From: Limisphaerales bacterium
Lineage (GTDB): Bacteria; Verrucomicrobiota; Verrucomicrobiia; Limisphaerales; Palsa-1400
Assembly (NCBI GenBank): GCA_052325505.1
Contig: JBKQUS010000178.1
Coordinates: forward strand, 10,897-74,896
DNA length: 64,000 nucleotides
Reading direction: 5' to 3'
Below the pieces are notes generated by a model. It saw only the letters and a program-made list of their open reading frames with translations, did no database searches and had not been told where the DNA came from. Positions 1-9,730 of this stretch are shown here, piece after piece. Both the position numbers and the translations under genes were made by a program. Positions within the stretch are counted from its first letter, which is position 1; each line of letters begins with the position of its first letter.

Positions 1-140
1 TATTGTCCCATGGCCGACGCCAGTTGGCTGCAAACCAGCAAGGACATAAAAAATCCCTACATGGGCAAAGCCATGCCCGATTGCGGCGTCATCAAGGACT
101 GAGTTTCGTAGGGAATCGCCACCGCAATACTTCTGATGCG

Positions 141-1784
141 TTATGGGCCGGACGGCGCATTGCTGAACATTCCTTTCATGAGGGGCACCATGGCTCTTTG
201 CATCGCAACCAGGTTGGATTGCGAGGTGGAGAGGGTTTGCAGTTGATCGGGCGAAAGGAACGCGGCGGCTTGTTGGAGCACGTTCTGGTTGATCTGCTCC
301 TGCTGCTGCATGGTCTGGTCCATCATCGCCATCTTGTCGGCAGGATTCACCTGCGAAGGGTCTTGGGGGTTGTTCGCCGTCACGCTTTGGCGTGCCGTTT
401 TAATGGCTTGCAACAGTTGCTGCTGCTGGGTGTCGCTCAACGGATTGTCCGCGAAGTCGTTTCTGATCGCCAGAAACGTGCTTTGGGCGGCCATGTCGTT
501 CTTGACGTAATCCTTGTATTGGGCCAACCCCGCGTCGCCCAGCAATGATTGGAGGTCGGCATCCATTGACTTCCCGGAATCGGGGCTCACATTTCCTGAT
601 TGCATGTCCTTCATGCTCTTCATTCCACTGTCCACTATTATAGTATAGAACTGGTCCGCCTGTTCCGGGGAGAGATTGAGCTGTTTGACCAGTGGGCCGT
701 ACATCAGTTTTGCCGTCATGAGTTGTTGCGGCCGCATGGCTTCGAGCATGGCCGGATCTTTCAATATGTCGGCCAGGGCGTTTCCCTTTGTTCCAGAAGG
801 GACTGGCGGCTTGGCGGCAATCGCGGCGCTTGAGAGGGCGCGGGCTTTGGCGACGTCCCGATTCATGCCCGACATCGTCTTCGCGTAAATGGTGTTTCGC
901 TCTTGCAACTGCGCTATTTCGGCCTGCTGTGCGCGGCTGTTTTGCGCCTGTTGCGATACCAGCGTCTCAAGCTGTTTGACTGTCTTCTTTTGGGCGGAAA
1001 TTTGCTGCAATTGCAGCCCAATAATGGCGGCGGCACCCACCGCGACGGCCACGCTGATTTTTGTCGAGGTCATGATTTGTAAGGCTCCTTTCACAAAACT
1101 AAAAGTTGAGACAGTCAGGGTTGCTCCTTGAACGACGCCCGCCGCCACCGAGGCGGCCAGGCCATCCGGGGCGGCCTGAATCGCGCTCCCGGAAATCGCC
1201 TCAGCCAGGGCGGCCGCCGGCATGGTGATGCCGCGGCGGAGGAAAAAGTCTCGCAATTTATCCAGCGCACGGTTGACCCGCATTTTGGCGGCGTCCTCGC
1301 TCGCACCCAAGCAGCCGCCGACTTCCTTTAGCGCTTTGCCCTCAAAGAAGCGGAGTACGATGGCGTCACGATCCTTCTCGTTCAAATGAGACATGGCCTC
1401 ATCGAGCAAGGGGCCGACGCGGGTCCACGCTTCCGTTTCGGGGGCGTTCATGGTGAATTCGGTGAGGGCCTGATGTTCGCGGTGCCGCCGCCGCAGTTCC
1501 GCGCGGATGAAATTGGCGGCGGTAAGTCGAGCCGTTTGGTAAAGCCAGCCGGAGAGAACAGTACCGCGGCTCAAAACATGTGATTTTCGGGCCAGCATGA
1601 CAAAGACCGACTGCGTGACGTCCTCGGCCTGGTGGGGATTGTTGACTGAGCGCATGGCCGCCGAATAAACCAGATTGATGTGGCGCGAGACCAGCGAGGC
1701 GAAGGCCGCTTCGGAACGGCTGGTGGCGTATTCCTGCAGCAGTTGCATGTCATCTAAAGCGTGCATCCACCTAATAATGTCCAC
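141..1784 (-). CDS. ECF-type sigma-70 factor fused to a membrane-anchored Gln/Met-rich C-terminal extension
   Basis: 547-aa ORF. The N-terminal ~190 aa has sigma-70 region 2 (HINLVYSAAMRSV..AEDVTQSVF) and a region 4 HTH (DRDAIVLRFFEGKALKEVGGCLGASEDAAKMRVNRAL). One hydrophobic helix (ISVAVAVGAAAIIGL), a coiled-coil-like stretch and a Q/M-rich tail follow. GTG start at 1784; ATG alternative at 1766. Confidence 0.8.
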   Translation of the reverse strand: MDIIRWMHALDDMQLLQEYATSRSEAAFASLVSRHINLVYSAAMRSVNNPHQAEDVTQSVFVMLARKSHVLSRGTVLSGWLYQTARLTAANFIRAELRRRHREHQALTEFTMNAPETEAWTRVGPLLDEAMSHLNEKDRDAIVLRFFEGKALKEVGGCLGASEDAAKMRVNRALDKLRDFFLRRGITMPAAALAEAISGSAIQAAPDGLAASVAAGVVQGATLTVSTFSFVKGALQIMTSTKISVAVAVGAAAIIGLQLQQISAQKKTVKQLETLVSQQAQNSRAQQAEIAQLQERNTIYAKTMSGMNRDVAKARALSSAAIAAKPPVPSGTKGNALADILKDPAMLEAMRPQQLMTAKLMYGPLVKQLNLSPEQADQFYTIIVDSGMKSMKDMQSGNVSPDSGKSMDADLQSLLGDAGLAQYKDYVKNDMAAQSTFLAIRNDFADNPLSDTQQQQLLQAIKTARQSVTANNPQDPSQVNPADKMAMMDQTMQQQEQINQNVLQQAAAFLSPDQLQTLSTSQSNLVAMQRAMVPLMKGMFSNAPSGP

Positions 1785-1973
1785 CGCCCGGCTAAAAGGA
1801 ACACTCTTTTCCCGATTTGATCGCTGTCCGGTTCATCTTCAACGGGTTACAACGAACACTATTTCCAAAAATCAACAAAGTTGACGTTTAATTGGAGCAA
1901 AAAGCGGCAAGTATTTGGCAAGGATGGTGTGGCGGCTGTTTGACCATGGAAGCTAACTTGCTTCCAAAGAATT

Positions 1974-2867
1974 ATGTCCGCGAAAGTATGTGAGATTGAG
2001 GACGCGAAGGAAGCCCACGCGCACCAGTGCGAAACAGCCTTCGGTTGTCCCCGGGATTTTCTCGGCAACCGCTTTGTCTATGTCGTGACCTCTGCGCGGG
2101 CAAGGGGACTCTCCATCGGGCTGAACATGAATCCGGACAAGTTCTGCAATTTCGATTGCATCTATTACGAGGTCAACCGCACCGTTCTACCGCTGGAGCA
2201 TGAATTGGACGTGTGCGTCATGGCCGCCGAGTTGGAGAAGACCCTTCTTCTCATTCAATCGGGAGCCATCCGCCGCGTGGCGGGTTATGGCGGCTTATGC
2301 AGTGATTTGCTTCGCTTGCGCCATGTGGCTTTCAGCGGCGATGGCGAGCCGACCTTGTGCGGCAAGTTTGCGCAAGCAGTGCAGGCGGTGGTGCATGTGC
2401 GGGCGCGCGGATTGCATCCCTTCTTCAAACTGGTCCTCATCACCAATGGCACTTTTTTGGAATCCGAGCGGGTCCAAAGAGGCCTGCAATACTTCATCCG
2501 GGAGGATGAAATCTGGATCAAGCTCGATGCCGGCACTCAAGAATACATGGACCGCGTGAATCGGAGCGAGGTGCCGCTGGACAAAATCCTGCAAAATGCC
2601 TGCACCGTGGGCCGGAAGCATCCCATCGTCATCCAGAGCCTCTTCCCACTCATCGCGGAGCAGGATCCCCCGGAGGAGGAAATCGACCAATACATCCATC
2701 GCCTGCTCGAATTGAAGAATGACGGCGCGATGATTTCGATGGTCCAGATTTACTCCGCCACCCGTCCGACGGCGTATTCCGACTGCGGTCACATCCCCCT
2801 GCAAAGCCTGGCCCACATCTGCCGGCGAATCAAAACCGAAACCGGATTGAAGGCCGAAGTGTTCTGA
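1974..2867 (+). CDS. Radical-SAM-like protein with degenerate CX3CX2Y cluster motif
   Basis: 297-aa ORF. LNMNPDKFCNFDCIYYEV resembles the radical-SAM 4Fe-4S loop, but the third Cys position is Tyr (TAC, 2166-2168). FSGDGEPTL resembles the SAM-binding glycine motif. Confidence 0.55.
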   Translation: MSAKVCEIEDAKEAHAHQCETAFGCPRDFLGNRFVYVVTSARARGLSIGLNMNPDKFCNFDCIYYEVNRTVLPLEHELDVCVMAAELEKTLLLIQSGAIRRVAGYGGLCSDLLRLRHVAFSGDGEPTLCGKFAQAVQAVVHVRARGLHPFFKLVLITNGTFLESERVQRGLQYFIREDEIWIKLDAGTQEYMDRVNRSEVPLDKILQNACTVGRKHPIVIQSLFPLIAEQDPPEEEIDQYIHRLLELKNDGAMISMVQIYSATRPTAYSDCGHIPLQSLAHICRRIKTETGLKAEVF

Positions 2868-2898
2868 GCAGGCTGGCGCGCCAAATCAACGAAGTTCC

Positions 2899-3411
2899 TC
2901 AGCCGGGCGAAGCTTTTCCCCCTGACTTCTGTTGTAATTCCAGCAATTGCAGCCGGACAATTTGCAACCGTTTGATCACGACCGCCGCCACGCGTTTCAT
3001 CAGTTCATGGCCAAAGGCCGGGTCCTCTTCCGATTGGTCGCGCAGACGGGTGCCGTAAAAGAAAATCGCTGACGTCGCTTCGACCGCGCGAGCGTCAAAA
3101 TGCCAGTAATACGGCGGGAAAAGCCAGGACCAGCCCAACACTTCGCCTTCGCCGATCAACTGAAGCACCGGGACTGACTGGCCGCCAGTCCGGCATTCCA
3201 GCGCGATTTTGCCGTGGCAAATCAGGTAAAAGCGGTTTGCCGGCTCGCCCTCCCTGAAAACAACCTGGTCCCGCTCGAAGTGTTTGAACATGGCCACGCT
3301 CACCAATTTCTTCAGGTGTTCAGGTTCCATGTTTGCGGCAAAAGGATGGGCGGCAATGGCTTCCGCCAGAGAAGGCATTTGTCCACGCGGCACTTCCGTT
3401 GCCTCAATCAT
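2899..3411 (-). CDS. Cyclic-nucleotide-binding domain protein
   Basis: 170 aa from ATG at 3411 (alternative ATG at 3435). The track ORF extends to 3894 but overlaps the RND gene. FKHFERDQVVFREGEPANRFYLICHGKIALE...IGEGEVLGWSW matches the cNMP-binding beta-barrel pattern. No output domain is present. Confidence 0.75.
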   Translation of the reverse strand: MIEATEVPRGQMPSLAEAIAAHPFAANMEPEHLKKLVSVAMFKHFERDQVVFREGEPANRFYLICHGKIALECRTGGQSVPVLQLIGEGEVLGWSWLFPPYYWHFDARAVEATSAIFFYGTRLRDQSEEDPAFGHELMKRVAAVVIKRLQIVRLQLLELQQKSGGKASPG

Positions 3412-3515
3412 AGGTTGAATAAGGAAACACTTCATCTTCAGCCTGGGCTTTGGCCAACCGTTCCTTGGCAATTGCCAGCTATTTATTGGCAAACCTCCCG
3501 TCCGTCCGTCTTGTC

Positions 3516-6500
3516 TCAGGTTTCCGAGTGGATTGCGGCAGGAAAACCAACGCGCCGCGCACGCCATGCGTAAAAAATCGCGGGATAAACCAATAATTCC
3601 ATGATGGTGGATGTGACCACGCCGCCGATCATGGGCGTGGCGATGCGTTTCATCACGTCCGCTCCGGCCCCGTGGCTCCAGAGGATTGGGGCCAGCCCGC
3701 CGATGATGACGCAAGCCGTCATGGCTTTGGGGCGGACCCGCTTTACCGCGCCGTGATAGATGGCATCGCGCAGGCCGCTCACAGTGGTGAGCAAACCTCG
3801 CTTCTTCCAATCTTCGCAGGCCAGATCGAGATACAGCAGCATGACCACCCCCGTTTCGGCGTCGAGACCGGCCAGCGCAATGATCCCCACCCACACGGCC
3901 ACGCTCAGGTTGTAATGCAGCAATGCCAGAATCCCGATGGCGCCCACCAGTGAGAAGGGCACCGCCAGCATCACAATGGCTGTTTTGATCACGGACCGCG
4001 TGTTCAGGTAAATGATGAATATGATGATCAGCAGCGTCAGCGGAACAACGATCATCAACCGCTGCGCGGCGCGCTGCATGTATTCGTATTGGCCGCTCCA
4101 GAAAATGTTATAGCCGCCGGGCAGGTTGATCTGGCCGCTGGCGACGGCATCGTTGACTGCGCGCATGGCCGTTTGCACATACGTGCCGATGTCCACCCCT
4201 TTAACATCGACATAAATCCAGGCATTCGGGACCGCCGCCTCGCTCTTGATCCCCATTGGCGCGTGGACCGTCTTGATGCTCGCCAACTGGCCCAGCGGCA
4301 CCTGCGCTCCGGTGGGAGTGGGAATGACAATATCGCGCAACGCGCCGAGATTCTCGCGGAAGTCCCGGCTGTATCGAAGATTGATATCGTAGCGTTCCAA
4401 TCCTTCGACGGTGGTCGTGAGCGGCATTCCGCCCAGCGCCACCTCCAGCACGTCCTGCACGTCGCCGACTCTCAGGCCATAACGGGCGATGGCGTCGCGG
4501 TCGATGTCGAACTCGATATAGTTGCCGCCCATCGTGCGTTCGGCGAACGCGCTCAACGTCCCCGGCACGCCTTTCACCACCGCTTCGACTTCCGACGCCA
4601 CGCGCTCCAATTCGGCCAAATCCGGCCCGGCGATTTTGATGCCCACCGGCGTCTTGATGCCTGTGGCGAGCATGTCAATGCGCGTCCTGATGGGCATGGT
4701 CCAGGAGTTATTGAGGCCGGGAATTTGCACGGCGGCGTTCATCGCGTCCACCAGTTCATCCGGCGTCCGGCGCCGGTGCGCGATGACTTTGCCATTCTCG
4801 CCCTGGATGTCCGCTGCGGGCCATTCCTCCTCGGGTTTGAGCATGATCGTGGTTTCGATCATATCAAACGGCGCGGGATCGGTGGCCGTCTCGGCGCGGC
4901 CGATTTTGCCAAAGACCTGCTGCACTTCAGCAAACCGGCGGATGATTCGGTCGGTGGTTTGCAGCACTTCGCGCGCCTTGGTGGGCGAGATGCCGGGGAA
5001 CGTGGTCGGCATATAGAGCAAATCGCCCTCGTAAAGCGGCGGCATGAATTCCGAGCCGAGGTTCTGGTAGGGAAAGAATTTTCCCATGCTGAAGGCCCAT
5101 TCTTTGGCCCTGCCGTCCGGCAGCAATCGCGCCGCCAGGTTGTTCCATGGCAGAAACACCCAAACCACAAGCGCGGCGGAGGTCATCATGACCGGCCATC
5201 GCCACTTGATGACGAAGTCGATTACCGGATGGTAAAGCCAGATGAGGAACCGGTTTAGGGGATTCTTCTCCTCCGGCGGAATTCTGCCACGAATAAAAAG
5301 GCCCATCAGCACCGGCGCCAGCGTGATCGACAAAAGCGCCGCCGCCCCCATCGAATAAGTTTTTGTAAACGCCAGCGGCTTGAAAAGCCGCCCCTCCTGC
5401 GCCTGCAACGTGAACACCGGGATGAACGACACGGTGATGACCAGCAGCGAATAAAAAAGCGTGGGACCGACCTCCACCGAGGCGTCCCGGATGATCTCCC
5501 AATGCGGCTTCTTGCCCTGGTCGCGCTCCATGTGCTTATGAGCGTTCTCGATCATTATAATGACAGCATCCACCATCGCGCCGATGGCAATGGCGATCCC
5601 CCCCAGCGACATGATGTTGGAACTGATTCCCTGGAGGAACATCACCAAAAATGAAATCAGCACCGCGATCGGAAGAATGACGATGGCGACAAACGCGCTG
5701 CGCAAGTGCATAAGAAACGCGATGCAGACCAACGCCACGACGATGCTCTCCTCGATCAGCTTCTCTTCGAGCGTGCCGACGGCGCGCTCAATCAACGCGC
5801 TACGGTCATAAACCACGGTGTACTTCACGTCCGGCGGAAGGGCTTTCATCGCCAGATCGAGCTTCTTCTTTACATCGAGAATGACTTGCCGGGCGTTGGC
5901 GCCGTAGCGAACCACCACGATGCCGCCCACCGTTTCCCCTTCGCCGTTGAGTTCGGCTATCCCGCGCCGCATGTCGGGGCCGAATTCCACGTTGGCAACT
6001 TGTTTCAGCAGAATTGGGACCCCTTTGTCCCCGACGCCCACAGCCACTTTCCGCAAGTCCTCCAGATTTTGGACATAGCCTTTTACGCGGATGATAAATT
6101 CCTTCTCGGACAACTCGATGGATCGTCCCCCCACCTCGCCATTGCTGCGTTTCACCGCCGTCGCCACATCGGAAATGGAAAGGTTGTAGGCCCTTAATTT
6201 CCCGGGATCGACCGTCACCTGGTATTGCTTGACAAAGCCGCCGACCGAGGCCACTTCCGACACGCCCTCAACCGATGCCAGTTGATAGCGCAGGTACCAA
6301 TCCTGCATGGAACGCAGTTCCGTCAGGTCGCGGTTGGTGGAATTGATCGAATACATGAAGGCCCAGCCGACGCCGGTCGCGTCCGGGCCGAGGCTGGGCA
6401 ACATGCCTTGCGGCAGCCGTCCGCTCAAACCGCTCAGATATTCCAACACCCGGCTGCGCGCCCAATAAGGATCGGTTCCATCCTCAAAAATCACATAGAC

Positions 6501-6776
6501 GAACGAATACCCATAAAACGAATAACCCCGCACTGTTTTGGCCCTGGGCACTGAGAGCATTTTGGTCGTGATGGGATAGGTAAGCTGGTCCTGCACGATC
6601 TGCGGGGCCTGGCCCGGCCATTCGGTGTAGATAATCACCTGGACATCCGACAAATCAGGGATGGCGTCCAAGGGAATATTCTTGACTGCGTAAATGCCGC
6701 CCAGCACCAGCATGATCGTTCCCAGAAGGACGATGAACTTGTTCTTGAGCGAGAATTCTATGATGCCCTTGAGCAT
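3516..6776 (-). CDS. Heavy-metal efflux RND transporter, CusA/CzcA family
   Basis: 1086 aa from ATG at 6776 (MLKGIIEFSLKNKFIVLLG...). The track ORF runs to 7019 through an implausible leader overlapping the adaptor gene. It shows typical HME-RND length, 12-TM layout and conserved blocks (GGIAIAIGAMVDAVIIMIEN, LAGLDAETGVVMLLYL). Confidence 0.95.
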   Translation of the reverse strand: MLKGIIEFSLKNKFIVLLGTIMLVLGGIYAVKNIPLDAIPDLSDVQVIIYTEWPGQAPQIVQDQLTYPITTKMLSVPRAKTVRGYSFYGYSFVYVIFEDGTDPYWARSRVLEYLSGLSGRLPQGMLPSLGPDATGVGWAFMYSINSTNRDLTELRSMQDWYLRYQLASVEGVSEVASVGGFVKQYQVTVDPGKLRAYNLSISDVATAVKRSNGEVGGRSIELSEKEFIIRVKGYVQNLEDLRKVAVGVGDKGVPILLKQVANVEFGPDMRRGIAELNGEGETVGGIVVVRYGANARQVILDVKKKLDLAMKALPPDVKYTVVYDRSALIERAVGTLEEKLIEESIVVALVCIAFLMHLRSAFVAIVILPIAVLISFLVMFLQGISSNIMSLGGIAIAIGAMVDAVIIMIENAHKHMERDQGKKPHWEIIRDASVEVGPTLFYSLLVITVSFIPVFTLQAQEGRLFKPLAFTKTYSMGAAALLSITLAPVLMGLFIRGRIPPEEKNPLNRFLIWLYHPVIDFVIKWRWPVMMTSAALVVWVFLPWNNLAARLLPDGRAKEWAFSMGKFFPYQNLGSEFMPPLYEGDLLYMPTTFPGISPTKAREVLQTTDRIIRRFAEVQQVFGKIGRAETATDPAPFDMIETTIMLKPEEEWPAADIQGENGKVIAHRRRTPDELVDAMNAAVQIPGLNNSWTMPIRTRIDMLATGIKTPVGIKIAGPDLAELERVASEVEAVVKGVPGTLSAFAERTMGGNYIEFDIDRDAIARYGLRVGDVQDVLEVALGGMPLTTTVEGLERYDINLRYSRDFRENLGALRDIVIPTPTGAQVPLGQLASIKTVHAPMGIKSEAAVPNAWIYVDVKGVDIGTYVQTAMRAVNDAVASGQINLPGGYNIFWSGQYEYMQRAAQRLMIVVPLTLLIIIFIIYLNTRSVIKTAIVMLAVPFSLVGAIGILALLHYNLSVAVWVGIIALAGLDAETGVVMLLYLDLACEDWKKRGLLTTVSGLRDAIYHGAVKRVRPKAMTACVIIGGLAPILWSHGAGADVMKRIATPMIGGVVTSTIMELLVYPAIFYAWRARRVGFPAAIHSET

Positions 6777-6790
6777 GATCGTTTTGGCGC

Positions 6791-8380
6791 TCAGGGTTGA
6801 TGTTGAATGGAGGTCGAACCGGCCGGCCCGGGAATCGGCGGCGCTTCCATGACAGGAATAAGCGTCATGCCGCATTTGGGACATTTGCCGGGCTTGGCTT
6901 CGTGGACATCGCTGTGTTCCGGCATGGGGCAGGTGTAATAAAGCACTTTGCCGCCCGGCTGGAGTTTTTGCAGGGCCGCGGTTGTAACAGGCACCAAAGT
7001 CATGCCGCAGATCGGGCATTGGCCTGGATGGTCGTACTCGATGGAAACGTGCTCCGGCATGGGGCAGACATATTTTATAATCGTGGATTCAGCCGGCGGT
7101 GGGGCAGGGGACGCCGCCTCCTGGTTCGTCTCATGCCCGGTCATTTCGGACGGAGATGGCCGCGCCTTGGACATTTTCTGGATCGCTTCGCGGAGCTGGC
7201 TTTCCGAATCCAGCATGAACTGGCCGGAGGTGACGACTCGTTCTCCATCCTTCAGTCCGCTGAGAACTTGATAAGTGTCGTTCTCGCCTTGCGCTCCGAG
7301 TATGACCGTACGCGGGTCGAACCTGCCTCCGTCCAACGCAACGAAGACGGTGGTTCTTTCGCCACTCCTCAAGACTGCCATATCAGGCACGAGCAACGCC
7401 GACGGCGCCAGCTCCGCCGCCAGCCGGACGGTGGCAAACATCCCCGGCTTGAGAAAGTAGCCGGGGTTATGAAACTCCATCCTGACCTTCGCCGTGTGTG
7501 TCTTTTCATCCACACTCGGATAAATGTATGTGACACGCCCGCGAAACTCGCGGTCCGGCTGATAGTCCAGCGTCACGGTCGCTTCCTGTCCCAACTTGAT
7601 GCATGGCAAATCCTGTTCGTAAATCTGCGCCTGCACCCAAACCAGTCCCAAATCCCCCAATCGGTAAATCGTCGCGCCCACATCGACCATCTGCCCCACC
7701 ACTGCCGACTTCTCGATGACAAACCCGTCCTGCGGCGCCAGGATGCGCAACGTCTTTTGCGGCTGCCGCGTCCGGTCCAGCTCGGCGATTTGTCCGTCCG
7801 AAATATCGTAGAATTTCAACTTGGTGAGGGCGGAGACTCTCAATGGATTCCCGGCCTCCGCTTTGTTCGATGAATCGGTGGCCAAAAGATATTCCGCCTG
7901 TGCGCTATAAAGATCGGGCGAATAAATCTCAAACAATGGATCGCCCCGCATGACTAACTGGCCGGTGGCATTGATGTAGAGTTTTTCGATCCAGCCTTTG
8001 AATTTGGTGGTCACATCCGCCAGCGTCGTTTCGTTATACTCGATCACCCCCACCGTCCGTATCGTCCGCCGCAAAGGCCCGCGGGTGACAACCGCCGTCC
8101 GGATGTTCATGTTTTGCGCCGTTACCGGATCGATGGCAATGACTTGCGAATCGCCGGCCTGCTTGCGCATGGGGGTGAGCTTCATGCCGCAGATCGGACA
8201 ATTGCCCGGATGGTCCTGCACGACTTGCGGATGCATGCCGCAAGTGTAAAGAGTCTTCCCCTCGGAAGACGTGGCGGCCTGCTGCGCGCGGCTGGTTTGC
8301 ACCGACAAAAGGCAGGCGACTCCCATGGCCATGACAAGAACGATGCCGGTCCAGGCAAGATGTTTATTATTGGCGATCAT
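6791..8380 (-). CDS. Efflux RND periplasmic adaptor (CusB-like) with three heavy-metal-binding CxxC...CxxC modules
   Basis: 529 aa with a signal/TM segment and a barrel-sandwich/beta-barrel MFP core. The three HMBD-type motifs are YTCGMHPQVVQDHPGNCPICGMKL (N-terminal), YVCPMPEHVSIEYDHPGQCPICGMTL and YYTCPMPEHSDVHEAKPGKCPKCGMTL (C-terminal). Confidence 0.9.
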   Translation of the reverse strand: MIANNKHLAWTGIVLVMAMGVACLLSVQTSRAQQAATSSEGKTLYTCGMHPQVVQDHPGNCPICGMKLTPMRKQAGDSQVIAIDPVTAQNMNIRTAVVTRGPLRRTIRTVGVIEYNETTLADVTTKFKGWIEKLYINATGQLVMRGDPLFEIYSPDLYSAQAEYLLATDSSNKAEAGNPLRVSALTKLKFYDISDGQIAELDRTRQPQKTLRILAPQDGFVIEKSAVVGQMVDVGATIYRLGDLGLVWVQAQIYEQDLPCIKLGQEATVTLDYQPDREFRGRVTYIYPSVDEKTHTAKVRMEFHNPGYFLKPGMFATVRLAAELAPSALLVPDMAVLRSGERTTVFVALDGGRFDPRTVILGAQGENDTYQVLSGLKDGERVVTSGQFMLDSESQLREAIQKMSKARPSPSEMTGHETNQEAASPAPPPAESTIIKYVCPMPEHVSIEYDHPGQCPICGMTLVPVTTAALQKLQPGGKVLYYTCPMPEHSDVHEAKPGKCPKCGMTLIPVMEAPPIPGPAGSTSIQHQP

Positions 8381-8386
8381 AAAATT

Positions 8387-9730
8387 TCACCGCAGCACCG
8401 GAGCGCCTGGCGGCGCAATGCCGGCAATGGACAAAGACAAATCTGCCAGAATGATTTCCCGCCGCGCGCGCGCCTCCACTTCCTTCAATTGAAGATTCAG
8501 CAACGTCCGCTCCGTGTCGATCAGATTGAAAAAATCAGACTGTCCTCCCAGATAGCTGGAGCGGGCAAGACTAAGCGACTGCCGGGCTTTGGGAATGAGC
8601 TGATTTTGCAACAGCGCCAGGTTCCGCGTGACCTCGCGAAAATCGTACGTCTTCATGGCGAATTCGACCGTCAGCCCGATTTGCTCCGCGCTGAGCCGGG
8701 CCTCGGCGGCGTGTTTGCCCGCCTGGGCCGCCGCAATCTGCGCGGCGATTTTATCCCGCCAAATCGGGAGGCTCATGCTGGCCTGCGGCCAATAAAACGG
8801 AGGTTCATACACCTCCGCCATTAACCCGGCGGAAAAATCGGGAGTTTTGGATTTGCCCGCCAGCGTAATCGAGTCTTGCGCCGTGCGCACGTCCGACTCC
8901 ATCGCTTTGAGGCGCGGATTGCGCGCAAAAGCGGCGTCAAGCAACTCCTCGCCGTTGAACTCAAGCGGCGTGCCCTCAAAGCGGGTCGGCGGCGGCGGAT
9001 CGGGTTGGTCACGGGTCAATCCCAGCGCCGCTTTAAACTGCGCCATCATCGGACGACGCGAATCCTCCAAATTGGCGGTATCGGTAGTGACTTGGTCGCG
9101 CTCAATTTGCGCCCGATAAACGTCCTGCAACGTCACCTTGCCGACCTCGTTTTGGGCGCGGGCAATTCTTTCCAGCCCGGCCAGCAGGTTGAGCGTATCG
9201 CGCTGGATGCGGATTTTCTCGTCGAGAAACCAAAGCTGGTAATAAGCCTGCTTGACGCCGAAGGCGGCCTGGAGCGTGGCAGTTTCAAATGCGAAATACT
9301 TTGTCCTGCTCTCGTCGCTCGCGACTTTGCCGGCGGCTTTCAACTTGCCGGGGCCGGGAAAATCCTGCGCTAATCCCGGCATCAACGACGTGAGAACGTC
9401 TGTGATGTAAGCTTGAAAAGTCAGCTTTGGATCAGGCATTGACCGCTCCACGGTGATGCGTTCGACCGACTCCGCCCAGTCAAAAAACGCCGCCCGGACC
9501 TGCGGCTGGGTCAGCATGGCGAATTCTAAATAATTGCTCAACCCCGCGCTTGCATCCAATCGTGGCGCAGCCGCATCGACTCGATAAGCGTGCCCAACGG
9601 ATGCCAGATCACTTCGTGCCTGACGCTCGTCGGGCCGCTCGATTCCTTTGCAGCCGCTGAGCAGCAGGCCAACAACAGTCAAGCCGGCGGCCGCCTTCAC
9701 CGCAGTTAATCCTGATTTCCCTCTGCACAT
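8387..9730 (-). CDS. Outer-membrane efflux factor (TolC/CusC family lipoprotein)
   Basis: ATG at 9730 gives a lipobox-like signal (LTVVGLLLSGCKG). The duplicated alpha/beta OEP repeat pattern is present, and the gene lies directly upstream of the adaptor and RND genes. The track ORF starts at 9799. Confidence 0.85.
   Translation of the reverse strand: MCRGKSGLTAVKAAAGLTVVGLLLSGCKGIERPDERQARSDLASVGHAYRVDAAAPRLDASAGLSNYLEFAMLTQPQVRAAFFDWAESVERITVERSMPDPKLTFQAYITDVLTSLMPGLAQDFPGPGKLKAAGKVASDESRTKYFAFETATLQAAFGVKQAYYQLWFLDEKIRIQRDTLNLLAGLERIARAQNEVGKVTLQDVYRAQIERDQVTTDTANLEDSRRPMMAQFKAALGLTRDQPDPPPPTRFEGTPLEFNGEELLDAAFARNPRLKAMESDVRTAQDSITLAGKSKTPDFSAGLMAEVYEPPFYWPQASMSLPIWRDKIAAQIAAAQAGKHAAEARLSAEQIGLTVEFAMKTYDFREVTRNLALLQNQLIPKARQSLSLARSSYLGGQSDFFNLIDTERTLLNLQLKEVEARARREIILADLSLSIAGIAPPGAPVLR

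Noticed and set aside
2899-3894. Long N-terminal extensions in the track: 331 aa for the cNMP-binding gene, 1167 aa for the RND pump (to 7019), 787 aa for mutA (from 13691) and 505 aa for the T4CP (from 33790).
   Set aside because: The extensions overlap the preceding genes, are Arg/Pro/His-rich, and internal ATGs give canonical N-termini. I used the shorter starts.
4089-5258. 389-aa plus-strand ORF inside the RND pump gene. Similar long antisense ORFs occur at 19719..20609, 29943..31169, 14783..15643 and 13120..13914.
   Set aside because: All are antisense or out-of-frame shadows of genes with strong family signatures. Their compositions are Arg/Gly/His-rich and low-complexity.
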